From: an uncultured cyanobacterium
GTDB lineage: Bacteria > Cyanobacteriota > Cyanobacteriia > Cyanobacteriales > Microcystaceae
Direction of reading: 5' to 3'
Length of the DNA stretch: 64,000 bases
Assembly (NCBI GenBank): GCA_963807635.1
Contig: CAWEDJ010000067.1
Location: 81,918 to 145,917 of the forward strand
In this document: one piece after another, positions 56,209-64,000 of the stretch
Layout: every line of letters starts with the position of its first letter
Numbering within the stretch: position 1 is the first letter of the stretch
The notes under the pieces: model-generated
Database searches by the model: none
What the model was told of the DNA's origin: nothing
Seen by the model: only the letters and a program-made list of their open reading frames with translations
Position numbers and translations under genes: made by a program

Positions 56209-57657
56209 TTACTTAGCCTCTTTTAAATGATTATATTGCTCCTGATTAATCCTGCCTGAACTATAGAGCGTTTCCGTAATCTCAGAAATAGTTAACACCG
56301 AATAAGCATTATAACCCTCAGCCTTGATCCGCTCCTTAACGCCCTCCTCATGGTCAATTAAAACCACAATATCCTTAATTTTTAAACCTGAAGACTCCAA
56401 CTTTCCTGCCCCTTCGATCGCGCTTTTTCCCGTAATCAAAATATCGTCCACAATCACAACCGTTTCTCCTGCTTCATAATGCCCCTCAATTAAACGACGA
56501 GTGCCATGCGCCTTGACTTCCTTGCGGGGATAAATCATCGGATAATGCAATAACAAAGATAACCCCGTTGCCGTTGGTAAAGAACCGTAGGGAATGCCCG
56601 CAATTCTGTCGAAACTTAATGTCCTTAAAATTTCCGCGTAGGCTTGTAGAACTTGATGAAAAATTTGGGGATTAGAAATAATTTTACGAAGATCAATGTA
56701 ATAAGAAAAAGTTGCGCCCGAAGCCTGGACATATTCCCCAAATAGTAAACAACCAATATCATACAATTGCAAAATCAAAGATTGATGCGGATGACTTTCC
56801 AACAAACAAACATCGGGTGTCCATAAATCACAACTCGAATCAATTTCGATGACTTGATCTCTAATCTGATTAATTTCATTTTTTAGCAGACTAACTTTGT
56901 CAACAATATTGTCTTCTATCAATAAATCTTGAGGAACAGGAACCAATAAACCAATTCCTAATTTATTTAATCCCGCCCTGAGAATATCCTTGAGATTGGC
57001 CTTATTTTCTGACCAAATACTTCTTAAAAGAATCGTCCGTTCAGGAGCCGCTAAACGAATTTTTTTAATGACTTCCGCATCATTGGTTCCCACTTCTAAG
57101 TACAATTGCTCTGGAGTTCCCCAGGTTTGCACTTCCTTGACTACCTGTAAATAAAAAGGAGATTCTGCCGTCGGATAATTTTGTAAGGCGATCGCGCCTG
57201 GATTAGAGGTATGACAAAGGATAAAAACTCCCCTATCGGGATACACCAAAAATGGTGCGCTTTGATCCAATCCCGCAAAGGGATTTAGGGTAACGGCATC
57301 AACTTTCCAATCTTCAAAAATAGCTTTAGCAAAGACAGTGCTAGTATTCAAATCTCCATGTTTAGCATCCAAAATTAGGGGGATATGGGCAGGAATTTTT
57401 CCCAAAATTCTGGTCAGCAAATCCAAACCCGCACTCCCTAATGCTTCATAAAATCCGAGGGTGGGTTTATAGGCACAAACTAATTCCTGGGTTTCGGTGA
57501 TCACAAAACTTAACCAAGTTTCTAATCGCTCAATTATCGCTGCAGTTGGGTCATCCTGTTTCCAATTTCCCATGATTTCTGGGTTTGGATCTAGGGCAAC
57601 CACCAGTAAACTTTGATTAAGCGCGATCGCATCATTGAGCTTATTGAAAAACTCCAT
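56209..57657 (-). CDS. Bifunctional OMP decarboxylase / orotate phosphoribosyltransferase (PyrF-PyrE)
   Basis: ALDP, AYKP, ILDAKHGD, TSNPG; SGATFSYYIDLR, RKEVKAHG, IVDDILITG. Confidence 0.93.
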   Translation of the reverse strand: MEFFNKLNDAIALNQSLLVVALDPNPEIMGNWKQDDPTAAIIERLETWLSFVITETQELVCAYKPTLGFYEALGSAGLDLLTRILGKIPAHIPLILDAKHGDLNTSTVFAKAIFEDWKVDAVTLNPFAGLDQSAPFLVYPDRGVFILCHTSNPGAIALQNYPTAESPFYLQVVKEVQTWGTPEQLYLEVGTNDAEVIKKIRLAAPERTILLRSIWSENKANLKDILRAGLNKLGIGLLVPVPQDLLIEDNIVDKVSLLKNEINQIRDQVIEIDSSCDLWTPDVCLLESHPHQSLILQLYDIGCLLFGEYVQASGATFSYYIDLRKIISNPQIFHQVLQAYAEILRTLSFDRIAGIPYGSLPTATGLSLLLHYPMIYPRKEVKAHGTRRLIEGHYEAGETVVIVDDILITGKSAIEGAGKLESSGLKIKDIVVLIDHEEGVKERIKAEGYNAYSVLTISEITETLYSSGRINQEQYNHLKEAK

Positions 57658-57809
57658 TTTATAAACTGTGAATTAATGAGAAAAAGAAGTAATAAAATTA
57701 ACCCCAATTTTAATCTAGTCTTGACCCATAAAACTAGTACCCCTATTTGACAAATTTAGCTATGATAGTCACAACAACTTGACTAATGAGATTAAGATGA
57801 GTTAGCTGT

Positions 57810-58901
57810 ATGAAAAATTATACTTTAGGCATTAGTAGTTTATTAGGGTTTATTGGACTGTTTCCTCTCCTAAATTCCCCCGTTCAAGCCCAAGAATGTC
57901 CCGTTTCTGCTGATGGCAGTCGTTCCGTCAATTGTGCCAAGATCTACAACGCAACCCCAGACCGAGTAGAACTCAGTGGAGCGGTTGGGCAAGTCCGTAT
58001 TGAGACCGATCCTCGTTTGGAACCAACGATCAGTGCCTTTGCTGTTGCCGATCCTTCTCCTGGCAACTCCTTGTTTCCCAACAACGTTTTAGAAACCGCA
58101 ACCTATTCCAAAGCCCATCTCCAGTTTGATGACGGCACACTCGTTTGGCTCAAACCCGAAACCCAGGTCGGCTTGAGCAATGGCAGAAATTGCGAATGGA
58201 ACCCCTCAATGGATACAACAAGAATTCAGCAATCTGCCAACCAAAGACTTTGTTTGTTGAAGGGTTCTATTTTAGTGATGACTCCTGCCAGTTCTTCGGG
58301 GCTAAGGGTAATGACCGATGAAGCGACGGTGACAACTCCTTCGACAACCTATTTACTCACTCGTAATGACAAGAAACAACGTACCGAAATTTTTGTTTTC
58401 ACGGGAAATCGCATCGCTGCCGTCCTAACCTCTGCTAATACCCAGAGCTTGTGCGGAAATGATGCCCAACAACCCCGCTCCAACTGTTCTTTTCGAGTGA
58501 CCGCAGGAGAATATCTGTCGGTAACCAATGGGGGAAAATCGATGCTTAAACCCTTTGATGCCGCCGCCTGGGTCGTTTTAGATCCCTTCTTCGCTCCCGT
58601 CAGAGCTAATACCGCTATTCAAGCGACTGGAGAGAGTGCGGCGATCGTGGCTCAATCGGCGGGACTACAACCCCCAACGGCGATGAATACCCTCCAGGCA
58701 AGCCAAGCAAGTCTTGTCAGAACGCTGTCCTATGAAAGGTTTGCTTCCGACTGTCCAATTTCTGCCATAAATCAGACTCCTTTGGGCTTGGCTGAGTTGC
58801 CTCCTGCTGAATTCAATCCCCACGTTATGCCCCCTGTGATTGCTCCCCAGGCTCTTCCCTACATCCCACCAACTCCTCGTCCTGTGCGAGGTTTGTGGTA
58901 A
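57810..58901 (+). CDS. Exported FecR-domain-like protein
   Basis: Signal peptide; T..SKAHLQFDDGTLVWL, LLKGSI, VMTDEATV. Confidence 0.65.
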   Translation: MKNYTLGISSLLGFIGLFPLLNSPVQAQECPVSADGSRSVNCAKIYNATPDRVELSGAVGQVRIETDPRLEPTISAFAVADPSPGNSLFPNNVLETATYSKAHLQFDDGTLVWLKPETQVGLSNGRNCEWNPSMDTTRIQQSANQRLCLLKGSILVMTPASSSGLRVMTDEATVTTPSTTYLLTRNDKKQRTEIFVFTGNRIAAVLTSANTQSLCGNDAQQPRSNCSFRVTAGEYLSVTNGGKSMLKPFDAAAWVVLDPFFAPVRANTAIQATGESAAIVAQSAGLQPPTAMNTLQASQASLVRTLSYERFASDCPISAINQTPLGLAELPPAEFNPHVMPPVIAPQALPYIPPTPRPVRGLW

Positions 58902-58930
58902 TTAAACTCATTGCTCCAGTGAGTGATTAA

Positions 58931-58983
58931 ACCTACCCTAGAGAGCTTTTTGAATGCTTTCTCCTTGGGGTAGGTCTTTTTTT
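58931..58983 (+). terminator. Intrinsic (possibly bidirectional) terminator
   Basis: ACCTACCC / GGGTAGGT stem followed by a T-run. Confidence 0.7.
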
Positions 58984-58998
58984 GTCTTTGTTTAATTG

Positions 58999-60650
58999 GG
59001 GCTTGCTGAAAAAGTCAAAAAACAGGAAGAGGGGATTAATTTATGAATTTAAGGCGAGTAAAACATAAGGGTTAAATGAATTGTCAACACAAAGCATAAG
59101 CTGGGCTAATAAGAGGGCAGAAAAATAAGCTCTTCTTCCGAAAAAGACAAAAAAAACGTAAAACCTGCCGAAGCAGGGCAAAAAGATTGATGACTAAAAA
59201 GGTGATAGCAATAGCGGTTTCAGAGGTATCAGGAAGTTTTGTCATAACTCGATTGAGGCTAAATCGTCTCTTTGCTTGACCAAATTTGCCTTCAATAGCA
59301 TTACGGTCTCTTTCATCTTGAAGAGCTTCTTTCTTTTTTTCTGGACTAATATTTGTGGGTCGTCTTCCCAAGGGTGGGCCACTTCAATCGAATTCCCTTC
59401 TCCTTACAAAAAGCGCGATTTTCCCTTGTGCGATAGATTGCATCAGCATGAACAGACTGGGGATAGTAGCCTGTCTCACGTTTAAACTCTTCTATTTGTC
59501 CTTTGAAGTCGCCTGATTCATTATAATTATCCCAACTTAATCGGTATAAATAAAGATATCCATTCACATAACTTGCTGATAGTTTTGCACCAAACTCTAC
59601 TGGCGTTCCCGCTTTTCCTCTAACAATGGGACGAACATGAGGTTGAGTCAAACTCACAATTCTATTTTCTACCTTATTTTCTTTATTTTCATACATTCCT
59701 ACTTGTTGCTCATAGGCTTTTTGTATTATCGACAGTATCTTTTCGTCTTTTTTACTTAATTTTGCGACCTCTTTATCTTCTCTTAATTTTTCTATATGGG
59801 AAAGGTTTCTTTTGATATATTGGATTTGTTTTTTTATGCCCTTTCTCCTTTCTTTTCTCGACGGACGGCGTTTTTTTGACAATTTTAAGTAATCTTTTCT
59901 GGCTCTTATTCTATAGGTTCTTGGTTTTTTTCCTTTTTTTTTAGTTTTTTTATACAAGTTGTCTATTATTTTTTCGGTTTTTTCTCTTGCCTCATTCAAG
60001 ATTCCTAATACCTGTTGGATATTTGATGCTTGCTGGTGCACAGGTTGCATCTATTAATAGCTTTCCTCTATTCTGATTTTCCCCTTCACTTTTTTCTTTT
60101 ACTTCTGATAATATTTCTTCTTCTTTTTTTACCATTGCTTTATTTATTTGATTCACCAAGTCCATTCCTATTCTTTGACGGAAATGTACTAACAGTGACG
60201 CATCAAATGCCTCCTCATTTTCATATACTTCTAGTCCTATAAAATATTGTAAGTAAGGGTTTTCTTTTATTTGTTCTACTGTTTCTCGGTCACTTATTCT
60301 CAATATTTCTTTTATTATTAATGACCCTAATGCCATCCTAAATGGTTTGGCTGTCGCTCCTTTATTTTCTGAAAATTGTTTTGCATATTCTTCTTCAAAT
60401 TCCTCCCACGGAATTATTTTTGACATGATTACCCAACGATTTTCTTCTTTTGGCTTCCACTCACTTGGTATTTTGAAGTTTTCAACAGTCGATTTTTCGG
60501 ATTCTTTTTTGGGGTACATCGTTCAATGCTCTGGAAGGGGAGGGGTGCAAGCCTTTTCACTCATTTTAGACCTTTTTTTTGCACTTTTTTTGCTCTCTAA
60601 ATCCCCTCATCTCTTTTCTTATAAGGCTTTCAGCTTTTTTCAGCAAGCTC
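58999..60650 (-). mobile_element. IS5-family insertion sequence (long, about 500-aa transposase type)
   Basis: TIRs GGGCTTGCTGAAAAA and GAGCTTGCTGAAAAA; flanked by the direct repeat TAATTG at 58993-98 and 60651-56. Confidence 0.88.
59084..60519 (-). pseudogene. IS5 transposase in three frameshifted pieces
   Basis: QIKENPYLQYFIG, LIDATCAP, HVRPIVRGK, VEFGAK, HADAIYRT, RNAIEGKFG. Confidence 0.85.
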
Positions 60651-60675
60651 TAATTGGGATCTGTTTTTGAGACAG

Positions 60676-61957
60676 TTGACATCCTCCCCGCCCTAAAGGG
60701 CTAGGATTCCCAAACCTCACGATTTAGGTTTCTGTTTCATAGCACCCACCTTAACAGATTTACTCTGTTCTAGTCTTACGGTCGCTCCACAGACTGAAAC
60801 TGCTAGTCCAGCAGCCAAAATATTTTTACTCGCGTTCACATCCCGATCGTGGTTAGAACCACATTCAGGACAAGTCCATTCGCGAATATTTAAGAGGCAT
60901 TTTATCGACAATATGCCCACAGGAACTACAACGCTTGGAACTGGGGAACCATCGGTCAATAGCGACCAAGTTCCTTCCGTACCAACGACACTTGTAGTTC
61001 AGTTGTCGAATCAACTCACTCCACCCGCTATCCGAAATAGCCAAGGCGAGTTTGTGATTTTTGACCATATTCTTAACAGCCAACGACTCAACAGCAATTG
61101 TTTGATTTTCGCGTACCAATTGAGTCGTAGTTTTGTGCAAGAAATCTTTTCGAGAATCCGAGATTTTCAGGTGAATTTTAGCGACCTTTATTCTCGCTTT
61201 TTCTCTATTCTTGGAACCTTTCTGTTTACGAGAAAGATTCTTTTGCGCTTTCTTCAAGCGTTTACGATGCTTTTTGAAATGCTTGGGATTAGCGAGCTTT
61301 TCACCATTACTGGTCGCAATCAGGCTGGTTACTCCCAAATCTATTCCGACAGCATTCTCGCTAACGGACAAGGGTTGAATGGTTGGATCATCGAATCTAA
61401 TCGAGATATGCCAACGTCCAGAGGGGTGAAGGCTGACTGTTACACTGCTTGGTTCACACTCCTTGGGAATTTGTCTAGACCATCTAATCGGCAATGCTTC
61501 AGAGCATTTGGCAAGATAAATTTCTTTATTCTTAAATTTAAAAGCCGATTTAGTAAACTCCGCACTGCCACCATTTCGTTTCTTCTTGAAGTTGGGATAT
61601 TTAGCCCTTCCTGCGAAGAAATTAGTGAAAGCAGTCTGGAGATGTCGAAGTCCTTGTTGCATTGGGACACAGCTAACCTCATTGAGAAAATCAAGCTCTT
61701 CTTGCTTTTTCCACTGAGTAAGCATGGTAGAGGTTTCGGGATATCCGACTCTTTCTTGTCTTTCGTACCAAGCTTGGGTTCTTTCGTGGAGAGCTTTGTT
61801 GTACACCAATCTTACACAGCCCAAAGTCCGCCGCAACAGCGACTCTTGCTCTAGCGTTGGGTAACATCGGTAACGAAAAGCTTTTTCCATATTTCACAGA
61901 CTAACATATTAAATGCAAAGCCGTCCTAAAGGACGGGGTTTCAAACCCATTTTTCTG
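60676..61957 (-). mobile_element. tnpB-only IS200/IS605-family element
   Basis: Subterminal hairpins CCGTCCTAAAGGACGG and GCCCTAAAGGGC; right end ...GATGTCAA; no tnpA. The left boundary is inferred. Confidence 0.82.
60717..61890 (-). CDS. tnpB: RNA-guided endonuclease TnpB; 1-nt frameshift near 60890
   Basis: GCVRLVYN; RuvC GIDLG, AVESL and DRDVNAS; Zn finger CSSC...CPEC. Confidence 0.92.
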
Positions 61958-63302
61958 ATGAATCCGATGAATCTAGGGGCGATCGCGGAGTTTCACTTTC
62001 TGAGGGTGTTTCTTCGGGGCTTTCTTCAAACAAAGCCTTTTCTTCTAAATTGGCAACTTCTATCGTCTCCTCAACATAGAGTGAAAATTTATAGGATGTT
62101 TGGGAAGATTGGTCTATGGGTTCCTCGGTTTCGGAAATTTCGGGACTTTCTTCTTCATGGTCTTCTTCTTTTTCTTCCTCAGAGGCTATTTCGAGAGGCG
62201 TTTCGGCGATCGCTTTTTCGATCATGGTTGGTGCCGATGGATCGGTAATTATTTGAGAGATTTCTGAATCATTCTCTTCTTCCCAATCATCATCCCAATT
62301 TTCTTCTATTTCGTTTTCGGCTAAGGTCTGACGGTAGAAGAAACTTACCCACTTCAGGCACAATTGCTCGACGGTTTTCAATTTGTCAGTAATTACTTCC
62401 ATCACTGGAGTTATAAAGGATTCTTCGAAGTCCAATTTTCGAGTGGTGATCACGTTTTATCTTGAACAGTTTCAACATCGTCTTTGATGACCTCAAAGAC
62501 GGGATCCGTTGCTTCCTTGGGTTCCCCGAGCACATACACACGGACGGTTTCGATCGCCTATTAGGGCGGCAGTAATAGTTTCCGTTTTAGCAGGTGTGGG
62601 CTTTTTCCCGATAATCGTGCTAAAAAAATTCCATGTTTTTTAGGTTTGGTAAACGGTTGAGAAGTTAGCTTTGGGCGGGGTGATGGTAGTTTCGGTTTTT
62701 TGGGCAAAGGGCTTCACCACTACTTCGATACGCTTCTCTCGTTAAGACGGGCTCCACTCGCTTCAACTTCGGGGTAGCGAGGATTTCGGCTCGACCGCTT
62801 CTCAGAATTTCCGGGCGATCGCATTGGCATTAAGGGCGATGGTCTTCTGGTGATACCGATTCAGGAATTTCAGTTTCCACAACAAAAGGAGTTTCAGCAG
62901 GCGTTTCCGTCAAAGATTCCGTTGTCTCGACAGGCGTTACCGTTTCAACCGCAGTCTTAGCAATGGGTTGGACTTTCGCTTTTTTCTTCCCTAATCCGCC
63001 CCCAATCCAATCCAGCAAAGAAAAGGTTTTAATGCCCGCTTGTTTTTCGGGATCGGCTATTGTGCGGCAAAAGAAATCGTTTGCCAGGCAAAGGACAAAA
63101 CCAACACCACTGCCGCCATCTGTCCTAACAAAGCACCGCCCGTAAAGCGTCCCGCACACACCCAGAGAATTAAGCCATAGAATAATCCCACCCCACTCCA
63201 CAAGAAATCATCCTTACGATGTAACTTGGGGGCAAAAAATGCAGAAAAGAAGAGGACAACACTAGCCAGTGCAATCGCGATCGCTAAGATATATGCCAAC
63301 AT
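61941..63302 (-). CDS. ycf66: Ycf66-family protein with a long acidic tail; multiple apparent frameshifts; 3' end altered by IS insertion
   Basis: MLAYILA..PKLHRKDDFLWSGVGLFYGLILW..GALLGQ; Glu/Thr/Pro-rich pieces in ORFs 62830-63201 and 61941-62453. Confidence 0.7.
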
Positions 63303-63528
63303 GAAGGGTTGCTCCGTCGAGATTCCTTATCCCATTTTGAAGCATCTTGTCCGTTCTGTTACAGTTTTTTCTATTTACTAGGATTGTTTTTGAGTTTCCA
63401 AAACATTAAGAATCGTAATTGGGTAGTCATTAATACCTTAAATTTAAGTAGATTTTGCCAGGCTATTGTTACACCAAGTTCTTTTAACTAGCTGGTTGTA
63501 ATTAAAACATCAAATAAATCTTAGACTT

Positions 63529-63576
63529 GATCTCCCCTGTCCCTCTTAATAAGGAGAGTGCCGATAGGTGGGGAAT
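63529..63576. repeat. Degenerate cyanobacterial palindromic dispersed repeat
   Basis: GATCTCCCCTGTCCCTCTTAATAAGGAGAGTGCCGATAGGTGGGGAAT, with nested inverted repeats. Confidence 0.5.
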
Positions 63577-63650
63577 TTTACAATTTTCAACCCCTAATTA
63601 CTTAGACATATTACTTAGACATCCCTGAAATCGCAAAAGGAGTTCAATCC

Positions 63651-64000
63651 ATGACCACTGAAACCCTCAGTCCCGATGTTCAGACCATCGATCCTCCCGA
63701 ACTCGAAGTCGTTAATCTGACGAAACAATTTGGTTCCTTTACCGCCCTGGATCAGGTTTCTCTCAAGGTTAAATCTGGCTCTTTTCACGCGCTCCTTGGC
63801 GAAAATGGGGCAGGAAAAAGCACCCTCGTTAAATGCGTCATGGGTTTCTATACTCCCACTCACGGTGATGTTTTAGTGGGTAAACACTCCCGCGAAATTA
63901 ATACTCCCCGCGATGCCCACCACTACGGAATCGGCATGGTTTATCAGCATTTTACTTCAGTCCCCTCCATGACCGTCGCTGAAAATTTAGTCCTGTCTCG
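63651..64000 (+). CDS. ABC transporter ATP-binding protein (sugar/nucleoside type), 5' part
   Basis: Manual translation MTTETL..FHALLGENGAGKSTLVK..GIGMVYQHF; AAGGAG RBS. Confidence 0.9.
   Translation, partial: MTTETLSPDVQTIDPPELEVVNLTKQFGSFTALDQVSLKVKSGSFHALLGENGAGKSTLVKCVMGFYTPTHGDVLVGKHSREINTPRDAHHYGIGMVYQHFTSVPSMTVAENLVLS

Noticed and set aside
60913..61854. 313-aa plus-strand ORF
   Set aside because: Antisense shadow of tnpB with no recognisable motifs.

Overview
Cyanobacterial chromosome segment. The HIP1 octamer GCGATCGC is abundant and the core genes are Synechocystis-like; a Merismopediaceae/Coelosphaeriaceae-type host is my inference. Housekeeping genes include thrB, RNase R, putA, surE, pheS, the atp1-a-c-b'-b-delta-alpha-gamma operon, the pyrF-pyrE fusion and ycf66. 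Accessory content comprises a toxin-antitoxin/defence island (about 8.9-15.2 kb) with a 672-aa DUF4365-like protein, a Septu-like PtuAB pair, a Cys-tailed small protein + TPS/haemagglutinin + CHAT locus, a DXCF cyanobacteriochrome kinase, and a grrP-grrA-grrA-grrM radical-SAM cyclophane RiPP cluster. Mobile DNA includes two IS5-family elements, an IS630, a tnpB-only IS200/IS605 element, MITEs and REP-like repeats. Manual reconstruction gives three results. (i) A 933-aa membrane-protein gene is cleanly split by IS630 and by a 127-bp MITE whose ends match the IS5 at 9.3 kb. (ii) The TnpB element and an IS5 sit in the last codons of ycf66, which allows a TAM and guide prediction. (iii) A 24-nt element is inserted in frame, at the same position of HIP1, in two unrelated genes. 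Many single-base frameshifts, including one in essential ATP synthase gamma, are probably sequencing indels. All family assignments come from recognising motifs by eye, not from database searches.
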